Positions 34,107 through 46,263 of a stretch of DNA of 64,000 bases are shown piece by piece (positions within the stretch are counted from its first letter, which is position 1; each line of letters starts with the position of its first letter). The translations under genes and the position numbers were made by a program. This stretch comes from Podarcis erhardii (Eukaryota), in assembly GCA_964252035.1 (NCBI GenBank), contig OZ176211.1, one strand, 5' to 3'. A model generated the notes under the pieces. It did no database searches, was not told where the DNA came from, and saw only the letters and a program-made list of their open reading frames with translations.

Positions 34107-35007
34107 GCCTAGTGGTAGCATTGGCTCTTCCACACATGAGGTTGTCTGCTGTGACCAAAGATATGCTCAAGTGACAGTCATTTACTGCACCAATATATGC
34201 AAATTGCCTGTATCTCTGTAGAATCAGAGATACGGTCTTTGAAAACCACTAGAAATGTGTCTGACCAGAAACCATACTTTTATGGGAAAGATAAACACCA
34301 TGGCAAATGAAGGTATGGATTTTGGGGTTACATGTTGTCAGCTCCCAAACCGCTAAAACAAAAGTTGTTTGCTATATGAATTGGATTACTCCCAAGTAAT
34401 TGAATGAAAGTCCAATTGAAGTGGTAGGTTGAATTATTTCTTTCATATGGAACTTTAGAGAAGAGAAAACTTGACTCTTTTAGAATCAACCGCAAAAGTC
34501 CCATTGACTTTGGTGGGGTCAGGATAATGCGGCTGACATTCAGAGAGGTCCAGAGAACTTCAAAAGGTATATTCCATTAAGTATAACAAGATAGGTATCT
34601 ATGTCAATAAGCCGAGAATCAGAATACAAAAAGCCAAAGACAAACATCCATACTCCATCTACTTCCTTCCCCAAATATAAAACCAGCTTGGCTGCCAGCT
34701 CCACACACCAGTGAAGAATTACTTGGCTTAAAGCCAGCTTGGACACACTCAAGTGAATGGAATGGATAGGAACACAGGGCCAGCTCTGTGACTGGGAAAG
34801 ACAAAGAGGCCTGCTGTAGGCAGTGATTTTAGGGTACCATTAAAGGGCAGCAAAATGGTTAATTGTTCAATTCATTGTGCTGGGGTTTTTTTACCACCAT
34901 GGTGGGTTGGGAGTGGGGACATTTTCCAAAATGTATTCAGCCTTTGCTGAGTGCACAATCCAAATAAGTGAAATATTTCTGAAGTCACATCAAACTCCAT
35001 GAGATTT

Positions 35008-35100
35008 TGGCTTTAATCCTATACCTTCTTACCCAGGAAAAGTCCCCACTGAACTCAGTGAGATTCCTCCTAGGTAGATATAGGTATAGGAATACACTGT
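35008..35100. mobile_element. Short palindromic MITE-like element, HOXA3 intron
   Basis: aatcctata..cttacccagga.aagtccccactgaactcagtgag..cctaggta..tatagga. Confidence 0.6.
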
Positions 35101-35219
35101 TAAGCAGAGTTCCTAAGCCCCACAGAATTCCAGGAATTTGCTTCCAAGTTTAGTATCAAGCCTACATTACATTCAGTTCTGTGGGACTGTCCTTCCAACA
35201 GTTGCACCTAATGAGATAT

Positions 35220-35311
35220 GTCTGCAGTCCTCTGCATATTTACTAATAAGCAAGGCCTATTAAACTGAGCAGGGTTTACTTCCAGGTTGACATGTTTAGA
35301 ATTAGGCTGCC
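35220..35311. mobile_element. Short palindromic MITE-like element, HOXA3 intron
   Basis: ctgcagtcct.tgcatatttact..aagcaaggcc....gggtttacttccagg..acatgtttaga.ttaggctgc. Confidence 0.55.
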
Positions 35312-35859
35312 ACCCTTAGTACTTTGACTGCCCAGGGTTTATGGATCAGAGCCAGGGTCCTAGATGATATAATATGCATGTAGATAAATATACAGTTTAA
35401 ACCACAGTACATATCAAATAATCAGGCTTGTCAGTGTTGATACACCACTGTAACAGTATTAGAAATGCATCGAAGAAAACATTTGCAAAAAGTTTAGAAT
35501 CTATTTTCACAGCACAAGATAAATTGAGGAAGTAAGTGGTAAATAGGAGCCAAATGCCTGGGGAGACTGACGCTAATACTTTTCTCATCGATTTGGGTTT
35601 ACTTATGTAATAGCACTGTTGATAAACACTATAATCCACCCATAATGTATTTATGGACCTGCCTGCAAAGTGCTAAAGAAACCTAAGCTTTGTTTACTGT
35701 GCTTGTAAGGTTGCCAGTCTGTGCACTAAAATCAAAAGAGGTTATGAATATCAAACAAAGCATTGATCTTGACTGCAGATAATGATGAGCTATTTTATTC
35801 TCATTACACTTCAGCAGGGATAGGTCACTGTTTTGTGACTGTAGCACTGTGCCAAAAAA

Positions 35860-35906
<47 letters not shown>

Positions 35907-36279
35907 CACACAGGTCTTGCCACTGGTTGAAGATAGGCCTTGGACCTTTGTATCTGGACATGATTTAATAGAAGCAGAAAGAAGGAGGGGGTGGGTTGTC
36001 TATGGAATGTTGAGGACTCAGAGGTGCCTGTTACAGTCATCTCAAAGTCTGCAACGAGAAGAGCTTGGAAGCTAAGCAACTTCACATTCTTTTGCTAGAG
36101 TTTAACAGAGGTCATGCAAAGCAACCAAACTTCAGGCGTCCTCCTCTTTCTGGAGATCAGCCTCTTTGGATGTGTGTGTGCACACACACACACGCACACA
36201 CATGCACACAAACCCCTACCTAAATATGTGCACATGTAGCTGTATGTATGTATGTATGCATTTGCATATCTATCTTTTG

Positions 36280-36466
36280 NNNNNNNNNNNNNNNNNNNNN
36301 NNNNNNNNNNNNNNNNNNNNNNNNNNNNNNNNNNNNNNNNNNNNNNNNNNNNNNNNNNNNNNNNNNNNNNNNNNNNNNNNNNNNNNNNNNNNNNNNNNNN
36401 NNNNNNNNNNNNNNNNNNNNNNNNNNNNNNNNNNNNNNNNNNNNNNNNNNNNNNNNNNNNNNNNNN
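36280..36466. other. Assembly gap in HOXA3 intron
   Basis: Run of N. Confidence 1.
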
Positions 36467-36683
36467 GATAAGGCCATTTTTCTGATCTCAAGCCATTGTG
36501 TGTGTTTCCAGTTTCCAAGTGAAATAGCTGGGGAGTGGGGAATCTAAACCATTCCTGCAAGACTAATGAAACACCTAGAAGTCAAGGATCTGAATAACTT
36601 CTGCTTAACGGCTTGGTGGATGGGGCTGCCTGTAAGTACATCCGCTCGGTTAATCTCTACTAGCCCTCATCCTTTTGCCATAC

Positions 36684-37176
36684 CTGAACTGGAGCCGCTG
36701 TTTTTCTGCTTGGTGTTTTGTCGAGACTCTTTCATCCAGGGGAATATTTGCTTGGACATGGTGGGCGAGTTCAAGATGGAGCTCTTGGTGGCGCTAGGCG
36801 GGGCGGAATTAGTGGTGGCATTCTGAGGTGGTGACACAGAGGGGGGTGGAGGTGGTGGTGCTTGCTGGGGAGCTGGAGGCTGCTGCTGAGGCTGCTCTGA
36901 AAGGACCGGGGGCTGGAGAGACTGGCTGGTGATGGTCCTCATACAACTCTCATTGATTTCATTGGCCTTGTGGTGGGACACGGTGGTGCTGCCGCCGCCG
37001 CCTCCGGGGGACTGTAAAGAGCAGGCCGGTCGATGGTACTCCGTTTCCACCAGCGAGGAAGAAGGAGGCGGAGGAGGATATTGCTGCTGACTAGCATTGT
37101 AAGCGAAACCATTTGCTCCTTGGTAAGGATAGCCGCCATAGATCGCAGAGCTGTCGTAGTAGGTCGCTTTTTGCAT
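36684..37176 (-). CDS. HOXA3: Homeobox protein Hox-A3, first coding exon
   Basis: [19 protein letters not shown]...[14 protein letters not shown]; donor CAG|GTATGG at 36684/36683; exon acceptor ccctag|GTCT at 37293. Confidence 0.98.
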
Positions 37177-37240
37177 TTCGTTGTTTCCCAATATTTATTT
37201 CACAAACTGACAGGGTCTTGACACCCTTAAAGAATAACAT
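37091..37240 (-). other. Overlapping uORF in HOXA3 leader, 49 aa
   Basis: ATG 37240-38 in poor context (ccaATGt), out of frame, TAG at 37093-91 inside the CDS. Confidence 0.6.
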
Positions 37241-37249
37241 TGGCACCCC

Positions 37250-37440
37250 TCTGTCACGTGACGTTTTTCCTCCAATGGCCCGTCCTGGTAGACCTAGGGT
37301 GTAGGGAAACCACAGGAGAGTGAAGAAATAGTACAAATCCATCTTACTTTCAATAGCTAAGTGACATGAAAGCCATAACAGAAAAAGTGGTCAGCAATAT
37401 TTAGCAGCATGACTTGGCCTGGAGGGCGAAGAGAATTTCG
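37250..37440. promoter_or_regulatory. Regulatory block around the HOXA3 coding-exon acceptor
   Basis: GTCACGTGAC palindrome 37253-62, CCAAT ~37272, AT-flanked Maf half-site GTCAGCAATATTT from 37390. Confidence 0.5.
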
Positions 37441-37526
37441 ATAGTGGCTGGGATTTACTAGGCAGCCGGTACTGTGTGCTTTACTGCTCCGGGAGAGTGT
37501 AGTTTTCTAGGATTTTCATATCTATA

Positions 37527-37528
<2 letters not shown>

Positions 37529-37560
<32 letters not shown>

Positions 37561-37564
37561 CACA

Positions 37565-37600
<36 letters not shown>
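37529..37600. repeat. (TG)14-TATA-(CA)11-(GA)9 compound repeat containing a perfect 48-bp palindrome (37535-37582)
   Basis: Direct reading. Confidence 0.95.
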
Positions 37601-39829
37601 CCTGAAAATCTACACACACACACACCTCCACCCTTACTCTAAGAACCAATTTATCAATTCTCGGGAAAGGGACTTCGTAGGTTATTTAAAGGGAGAGTCT
37701 CTAGATAAGAACGACCAGAGTAAACTTGTGGTCACCGTGGGAAAGTGATATTTTCTCCCCGCCCCACCCCCAAAATAATGAGCAAATCCGTAGCTTTTTC
37801 CTCTTTAGACTATTTTTTTTTGCCCCCCCCCTCCTTTTTTATTATTAAGCAAACATCATTTTGAATTGCATTTTTTTTTAAGGAAAAAAGAAAAGGGAAA
37901 ACTAGAAGACCCATAAATAACTGTATCGCATTCCCCGTGAAGGGCTACTCAACGTTCTGGCACTCGAGGGATTCGAACACATGAACTGTTTGCTAGGAAA
38001 CGTTTGACAAATGCAACCCATAATGGCCCTCGTGTGATGAAACAGCACAGCGACGAGGGAAACCCTTCTCCTTCGCAGTTTAATAACCAGCCAACTTCCT
38101 GCGCATAAATTAGCTTTAACTGCTGCGCCTTTAGACAGAGACACAAATCTGGCCTCCAGGATCAAACAGCCTCAACATGTAACCAAACATAATAATCCGA
38201 GGCGGCCTTTCAGCTAGACCTGCTTTTGTGGGAAGTTTCCTTTGCACCCTCGGGCCTACACTGTATATTATTTCTGTCCATTGCGTTCCGCGGGAACAGC
38301 TAATAACTATTTCGGGGGTATATTAGGCACATATGAACTTTTAAAATATTATCATTCAGTATCTTCACTTCCCCCTCCCCCAAACCCCTTCATGTAATAT
38401 ACCCAAATTCTACCTGCTCAAACATGATGGATTGGGGGAAAGACACACACCAGGAACCTGAAAAACCAGCGTTCATCTCCATGACCACGGATTGAACTTT
38501 CCTACCAACTTAACGATAATAGGCTCTGTCTTTGGAACTGCTATGTAATTTGATGTATGAGGGTCATTTGGCTGGGAAAAGGAGAATGGACACACAAAAC
38601 CGCAGAAGGCTCCTACAACCCAGGCGAATCTTTTTCTGTTCACTCCACAATGTTTACCTGCATGAGTACAACCGAGGTTGGAGTTGGGCTTCCATTCCCA
38701 GGAATTTTATCTGCCATCTAAGAACTTTTTTTTTTACAGGCCGGCCAAACCCCGATATCAAAACCCATCTATCCGCACCTTAATAGTTTCCCTCTCCCCA
38801 TCTTCTTACAAAACACCCTCGGTTCCCTCTTCTCCGCCAAGATGGTCTTGTGCCAAGGCTTAATATTCTTGAAGAAAACATTACACAGCACCCTAGGCAC
38901 CCACTCAAATTCATTACATGTGTTAGCATTTCAGTCCACACTCGTTTCCTTAGAAAACAAGGCACATTGTAGAGACAAACTAATTTAATAAACCCCTTAC
39001 AGATGGCAGCTGCCTTTTGATTCTTATTATTATTTAAACAGTAATCAAGTCCTTTCTTAACCCGGCGGTTAAGAGCTAAAAATATAGGCAATTAACTTTC
39101 TTTGGCTGCAGTTTAGAAACTGTAGCCCCGGAACACAATCCAGCCATAAACTGATTTCCTCCAGTTTGAGAGTGAATCGACTTAAACCTAAAATACCTAA
39201 CAAACAAAAACAAAAAACCTTGATTGTAGATCCTACTGTTGCTATCTGTCTTCTAATCATTCTGCTAATTTCCGGGCTTCCTTTGCAGAGGCCTGTTATC
39301 TTCTGTGAACCACAAATTAGGTGGTGGGGTCTGTTATGATCGTGGTTCCCGTTTGATCATATTCATAATATTTCCACGCTGTCCCAGGCATTTAAGTTTT
39401 GTTCTTGTAAGCTTTGGCAGAGAGGCGAGAACCAGCTCAGGTGGAGGATGGTGCCGAAGAGAGTGTGAAGTGAGAGGAATAAGGCAATTCTCATCCTTAA
39501 TGTCAGCAGCCCACTCCGAGCAAAGGTAAACCTAAGTATTCTCAAACAATGAAAGGAGCGGTGCTAATAAACAACTCCGGTTGAAATCATGGGCAAAACT
39601 TCCACGAAAGGGCATGACTCTGGATCACATCTTATACTGTATTATCAATTCAAAGGAAAATGCACCCTTCATATCATTTGCCTATTGCTGCTGATGGTGA
39701 ACAGATGATAGACAAAAGGAAACTGGCGGGGAGGAACAGGTTACAAGCAAAATTAGGCCGCGCAGAAGTTTGTCACGCAACCCAGTGACTTGGCCAGCAG
39801 ACTTCATAAAAACTTGATTGCTTATCAGG

Positions 39830-39990
39830 GGATCATACGCAGCCCAGTCTTACATAAGCTTACTCCAAAGTAAGTTCCATGGAGTTGCATGGAGTTTACT
39901 CTCGCTGCCCTACGGGGCGACCCAATGTCTATTTAACCGGGAAGTAAGTCCCACTCTATTCGGTTGGACTCTCTTCCCAGGAAGAAATAT
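39830..39990. mobile_element. Tandem decayed short MITE-like elements
   Basis: cttactccaaagtaagttccatggagttgcatggagtttactc and gggaagtaagtcccact..ggactctcttcccaggaag share the family core. Confidence 0.5.
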
Positions 39991-40554
39991 CTCAGGATCC
40001 AAAAGTGTCCCAAGGGGTGAGCAAGAAGACTAGCCCGGCCCTTGCAAATAAAATATCCTCATCAATTAGGACTTTCCTAGCTCCTTAGAAACACTAGGAA
40101 GCTTTGGTGGAAACTTTTGCTTGGTTAGGGAAGTCTCCCTATTGCTTCTCCCACCCCACACTCAGTTTTTTTAAAAACAACAACAACAACAAAAAAACCC
40201 TCCTCCCTTCCACGCCTTGATCCGCAGCTCAGAAAAAGGCGGGTTGCCTGGACATGAGCCGATACAGTCCTGGTTGAAAAACAGGGAGACTGAACTGGCC
40301 TAAAAGTTTCAATCCTCCTCAACTGGCTCGTGAAGCGAGCTGCGGCGACCAATCTCGAGTTGTTTCTTTCTCGCGCTCCCGTCTTTTCCCTTCACCCTGC
40401 TCAATCCAGGCGGGCACCCCCTCTCACCCACCTTCCCTTCGCCCCAAGATTTCCTGCCAGATAAAGGGAAAGTGGAGGGGAGGGGGTGGGCAAGTGGCCT
40501 GAACTCGAAGCACCAGGGTCTATCCGTCACTGCCTGGAAGGAAGCTCCAGCCTG

Positions 40555-40571
40555 TGAACTCTTCTTGAACC
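40555..40571 (-). promoter_or_regulatory. Hoxa3 5' RARE (DR5 GGTTCA-AGAAG-AGTTCA)
   Basis: Plus tgaactcttcttgaacc; perfect DR5 matching the recalled conserved Hox3 RARE. Confidence 0.85.
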
Positions 40572-40655
40572 GAGATTTAAGTCTCTGGTCATAAATCACC
40601 AGGACATAAACTCCGCCATTCACCACTGATAGCAGCGTATTTGTGGCCTGCTTAC

Positions 40656-41320
40656 CTTAACTTCTGACGACTGAGGCGGAAGCCCGCATTTTGCTCTTTG
40701 GAGGCTCGGCGACAGTCGCTCCCCGCCAGCCCTGGGAGCACGACTCTTCTCCTCAATCCACTGCCCCCCCCACTCCACCTCGCGAGTCCCCCTCCCCAAG
40801 CAAGTCCCCTCAGCTTCTCCGGGATGGGTCCCAGCTCAACTCATCTCCACCAGGACGAGCCCACGAGTACAGATGGGAGCAGCCCTGCCTTGCTCAGGAA
40901 GAGGGCACGCGCGCAAGGGGATCTTTCTCCAGCTTGCCTCTGACGGAGAGCCACCCGCCCCTCCTCGCCCCGCGCGAGCCTTTACTTCGCTCCAGCCCCT
41001 ACCTCCACCTCCCCACGCTCCTCGGGGCCTGGCCGCGATCGAGAGCCTCCCCAGGCTACCGGAGCCCGGCTTCTCCCACCTTGACCAGATTTTCTACAAG
41101 AAAAAAAAAAAAAGCAGCAGAGATGTTTCTTCTGAAATCTTTGTGCGCCCAAGGGGGCGTTTGTTTGAAGGGTGGGGGGTAAGGCAGCTGCCTCGGGAAG
41201 TCCGGGGCAGGCAGGCGAGCAGAGTGGGGGGTGGGGAGCGGGAAGGGAGGGAGGGCGAAGAAAGAGGGAGGGAGGGAGGGAAGCGCCGGGGCGGCACTGA
41301 AGGCCAGGGAAATTATGCAA
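40656..41320 (-). other. HOXA3: Candidate HOXA3 non-coding leader exon / proximal promoter CpG island
   Basis: Strong donor AAG|GTAAGC at 40656/40655; GC-rich region; octamer ATGCAAAT at 41315-22; 5' end uncertain. Confidence 0.4.
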
Positions 41321-43617
41321 ATGAAGACAAAGGATGCTCACAAAGGGGTCACCCTCCCTAGACCGGATTGTTGATATATATGCGCGCGCGTGCGCGTATT
41401 TCCATGTTATATGAAGGTGCTTCTGGTAGATATGGACTCTTTTGGACGTGCAGAAGGGGTCGAAAACCTGGAACTCCTGCAAGGCTCGGATGCTCCCCAT
41501 TGTAATAAACCAGGAGCCCTCTGATCTGTCTACCACCCAGGCCAATCTAGACAGCGTTTCAAAGGAACGATTAAAGTAATGACATTTCGGGATGATGAAC
41601 GGGCGCGCTCACCCGAGATAGGCAACCGCAGCCAGATGCCCATGTAAGGACGCATCTACACACACACACATGCCCTTCCCCTAGGCTTACATTAACGCGC
41701 GCAACTGGATGCGGGATACCCACGCGACCGTGGTATGCAAACAAGCCGCAAAGATTCAACACCGAGGGGCGATTTCTTTTTTTGCCATTGAATCCCGCGC
41801 AAATGGGATGTCACTCCCATAAAGACTCCGTTCCCAGTTAGAACCGAATTGCTGGCATGTTTGTCTCTGTTCAGATCAATGGAACTGAGACAGGCAAACC
41901 TACTCCTAAAGGGTGCTTAGGTGAAAGCCGATCGAATTGAAATCGACGGGGTTTGCTGGCGAGCAAACATCGTTAGGATCGAACGGGGAAGCTGCGCATC
42001 CTTCCGCGGCAGAAACATATAGGACTCGGGTTCTAAATAATTTGGAGGGGCTCCTAGACTTTCTGAAGCCTAGGTGTGCGTGGAGGACCTCTGTAAATGC
42101 GTTCAGAGAGGCCAGCATGAAAGTCTTTTCATCCATAAAGACACACCTCTCCGTGCGTATTTATAAAAATACGCACACAGACATATGTAATGTTGTGGTT
42201 GCATGCTGATGAGCGTGGATGTTTGGTTCTGTGAACTTCAGTTCTCTTCCGCCGCCCCCCTCTTAGTCTTTGTCCTAGTCTCCCTTCTCCTAACCATTTC
42301 TTTATTCCCTTCCAACCACCAAACCAAATGTCGCGAGGTTTAGCCAGCAGAATGCTTCTGGGTTCCAAAAACAAAACAAAAAACAAAACCAAGCTAGACC
42401 TACGGAGAGCATCAAGGCTCTTCTAAGGCAACACAAAGGAGCCGCTCGGCGCTTCAGACCTTCCGCGGTGCACTCGGATAAAGCCTAGGTGTGAATCTGA
42501 CATGCCTTCGATAAAACCCAAGGTGCGAGAAATACAAAGGGCTCCCTTTAAACCGCAATGTCACCTTAAAGCAGAAACAAAGCAAAAGGAGGGGAAGAAA
42601 GAGGATATTTAAACACATGCACACACAAGGACTCTAAGGCCAGGGTGGCCTCTTACGCATACCAATGGTTTTTGTCATTTATGGCTAGGCAAGATTTATG
42701 ACTCCGTGCGCCGAAGCTGTAAACAGAGCTTCACAACAGAAAACACTTGCTCCTCGTAGCAGATCGCGGCGGCTCTCAACTTGAAAGGGGAAAACTGAGC
42801 GGCGTAGGAGGGGCCCCCCAAAAATTCACTGGTAGGCAGTTTTTTTGCTACAAACAACCCCTTGAAAGTTGCGCTGGAAGAGAAAACGCCTATTTTGGTC
42901 AATAATCAACCTCGTACTTTTCTTCTGAAAACTGCTGATGCTACACTTTTCCTTTTTTTTTTTTAGCCACCAAAAAAGAGAGAGCAAGATGCCGGCTAAG
43001 AAACTGGGGGAGGATTTGCGTGGGGAGCAAGGCGGGTGGCAGAGAGAGAAACTCTCTCCGGAACAAATTACAGAAGACGGCCCGGGTATGCACCGCGCGC
43101 GCACCCCACTTGCCACAAAGGCAGTCTTGGGATTCCCAGCAGCGATGGCGAGGTGGGAGCGCTCTGTCACACTTCGGAAATACTTTAGGATAATTTTGTG
43201 GCTAGCAATGTTCTGATGCAGAGATAACATATTTCACCTTAGAGGTAAATCAGATAAAGGATCTGTGGTTGGAAGCGGGGGTGGATTTCTAAGCCCTGAA
43301 TATTTAAATTAAATAGGCTATTTAATTTAATAAGTGAAATTACCCCCCCCCCCGAATTCTGTTCTAGGCTTTGTATCTTTTCTCTATCCAAACTGATCAT
43401 TTTAAAATAAATAAATCTTACTTTTACTTTATATAGCTGCAGTTGCCTAATGTTCCCCCTTCTAAGAAGCCACGATGTTTGGATTTATGCCATTGGGAGT
43501 CAAGCGGCACAAATATGTTTCCAGTTAACTGGATTATACTGGGGAATAAATTAATATCTCAGGGTGCCCCTCCCTCCCCTGAAAATCCTTTCTGCAACCC
43601 GGGGGTGGGCTACTCAC

Positions 43618-43800
43618 CGGAAAAACAAACAAACCAACCAACAGATAGTACACTACATTTTGAACCAGGAGCTGAAGTTTGTAAACGAAGATTTTCTCTT
43701 CTTTGGGTAGAAAATCCAGGGGAGTTTCGTCGATCATTTCGGCAAATAGCCCAAAGATTTCGGAATGCATTGTGAAAGAAAATATAAATATATATATTTC
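43618..43800 (-). other. HOXA3: Candidate HOXA3 non-coding internal exon (183 nt)
   Basis: Acceptor ttttctcttcccag| at 43801 and donor ccg|GTGAGT at 43617. Confidence 0.35.
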
Positions 43801-44176
43801 CTGGGAAGAGAAAATTATTCAGAACTCCGGAATAACTATACTGCAAGAAGGCACCGAGAAGAACTACTCAACTGATTTAATTGTAGGGAGAGAGGCTTGT
43901 TTGGTACAGAGTCTTGATAAAATGCAAATCTGAGACGCTTAATACGCCGAACCTCAGCTTGGTTACTTGGAAGTAAGTACCACTGGCTTTTTATGGCATT
44001 TGCTTCCCGGTAAGGGTGTTTAGGATCTCAATCCCAGAAGTGTATCGCTTCCAACCTTAGACAGAAGAAGCCTCTTTGGTCTCTTATCACTGTTTATCTT
44101 ATCAAACCCCATATAACCGCTATTGACACTTCGTTTTGTATTTACTCAGCATATATACTGAGGATTTTAACCGGAA

Positions 44177-44218
<42 letters not shown>

Positions 44219-44219
44219 T
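44177..44219. repeat. (ATT)n microsatellite
   Basis: Direct reading. Confidence 0.95.
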
Positions 44220-44323
44220 ACTTACTTTCCAACACTTGTGCACGAAAGCCCTTTTTCATATCAGTTTCAGCACTCCTATTATTTATGACTCTTTTATCTG
44301 GGTCAAAATGCACCAAAACTAGG

Positions 44324-44370
44324 TCATAAATCATAAGAAACCGTGACAAAGTAATTGAGCCACAATTAAA
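44324..44370. promoter_or_regulatory. Candidate Hoxa3 Hox/Pbx plus Prep/Meis autoregulatory site
   Basis: TCATAAATCA (TGATTTATGA on minus), TGACAA at 44344 and two TAATT/CAATTA cores; resembles the r5/r6 enhancer architecture. Confidence 0.45.
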
Positions 44371-45377
44371 ACTTACATTTTATTTATTTATTTTCCCAAA
44401 GAGGTTTCGGCCTATTTGAAATTTAATTCCCCTCCCCCCTTCCCACAAAGAAAAAAAAAATTCCCCACCTCTTTCATATATATCTGAAAGAGTGTATATA
44501 GGTGCATAGGTGTAAAGAGATGCCTGGACAATTTGGATCAGCTTACTTTTCATTTATTAATTTAGGATCTGGTCGGTGAACAGATCAGGGAAGGGGGGGA
44601 AATATACAATATCCGCAAGACCCATTCTAGAATTAAACAACCATCATGTTTTAGATAAGGGAGTTTTATTCATAATAGAAGAAGAAGAAGAAGAAGCTTT
44701 TGCTCCTTAACCCCCAATTCTAAAATCTAACCCTGAATTGAATAATTGCAACTGGGCATTAAGAAGGGAGAGGGAGGAGGCGCAGCAGCGTGTAGGCGAG
44801 CGCTCTGCCCCTAGCCCACTGGCAACATAAATCAAAAGTCAGCACTCTGACCTTTAGCAATGCTGGGACTCAGTGGTGGATGTAATTTTATATAACATTT
44901 GTCCCCTTGTATAACACAAGCAGTGCTTTCATTCCCCCTCCCCCTTATTTGCGGTGCATCTCCCTCCATAAAACTGAATGAATAGCTGGTTAAGACTTGG
45001 TGAGAGGTAAAGGAAATCTAACTGCGAATGTAAAGCTTTTGGAGAGAAAAATAGGTTCAAGCGCCCTCTTTTCCTTTCCAGATCCTTGCTCAGTCCAACC
45101 ACAGCTCCCTGCTCCAATATTACCATTGATTATTATGGGGTATGGATGGGTGCTTTTATTCCATTCTCACAGAGAGAGAAGACAGGGAAACAGCTTGAAA
45201 ATTGAGCAGGGAGAGCCGGAAAACCGCCTGGTTTCTTTCTCCTGGAATGGTGAAGATCCCACCAGTCGCGCGTTAAGTGGGCCACCAGTCAACAAAATAC
45301 CAGTAAGCGGCATAAATAAAATGGTAGCTGAATTGCATACTCATCGATTTGAAGGTCCAGAATGAGAGGGGGGGGAG

Positions 45378-45378
<1 letters not shown>

Positions 45379-45444
<66 letters not shown>

Positions 45445-45445
45445 A
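45379..45445. repeat. (GAAA)n microsatellite
   Basis: Direct reading. Confidence 0.95.
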
Positions 45446-46219
45446 GGCTCAGATCACGGTCGCGTGACGCTTCCCAAAACACACTTAAATCAGCATCAGA
45501 GGTATATAATAAACAGGACAAGCAAAAGCCTTGACTCTGTCCTCTCCTGCTTCTGTTGGGCGATTTAAATAACAACGGCCACTAAAGCATCCAGACCACA
45601 ACAAAAAGCCACAACAAAGCCCAGCCACAAGAACACGCAGAAATCCAAAACCTTAGTGGGGGGGGGGCAAATATTCTCTGATCTGTTTGTTGCAAAGCTC
45701 TCTCTCTCGCCCCCCTTCCACAAGCCCAGGGAAACAAAGGGGGAAACGAGGCTTGTCTGGTGTCCATATACACCCTTAAGCTTTTTCTCCTGACCTTTGC
45801 CTCGCCCAGCCATAAGTCACCCACGGTAAAGGAACAATCGGCGGAAATACCTTAAAATAAAATCCATCCTCTCTTTTTTTTTAAGCGAAGCATCGCGTCC
45901 TAACAGTCCGGCGATAACCTTTCCATAAGGACCGAGCGCCGTAGCCCAAGTGGAAGCTCTCTCTCCGAGGGTGAGCGGGTGGGTTGGTAGTTTGGAGGGG
46001 GGGGGGAAGGCGGCGGTGGCGCTGATGGTGGATAATAGAAAGCAGTTCTTGCTCTGAACAGAAACGGAAAAAACGTAATCACGGGCGAAGCCAGTCCGGG
46101 TCTCCACTCCAAATGCCACAATAATGCGCTGTATTATGCGCTCACGTGGTCATACGTCAACTTAAATCCTTTTATTTGAAAAAGGGAATCACTGAAGGAA
46201 CAAGGGTTGGAAGCGCAAG

Positions 46220-46223
<4 letters not shown>

Positions 46224-46261
<38 letters not shown>
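46224..46261. repeat. (GT)n microsatellite
   Basis: Direct reading. Confidence 0.95.

Positions 46262-46263
<2 letters not shown>

Noticed and set aside
37177-37191. MGNNE extension of HOXA3
   Set aside because: Starts at TTG; the conserved start is MQKATYY at 37176
41828-41852. miR-10b-like string (cccagttagaaccgaattg)
   Set aside because: Wrong strand and position, seed disrupted, no hairpin partner seen. I also found no miR-10 hairpin upstream of HOXA4, consistent with its usual absence from tetrapod HoxA
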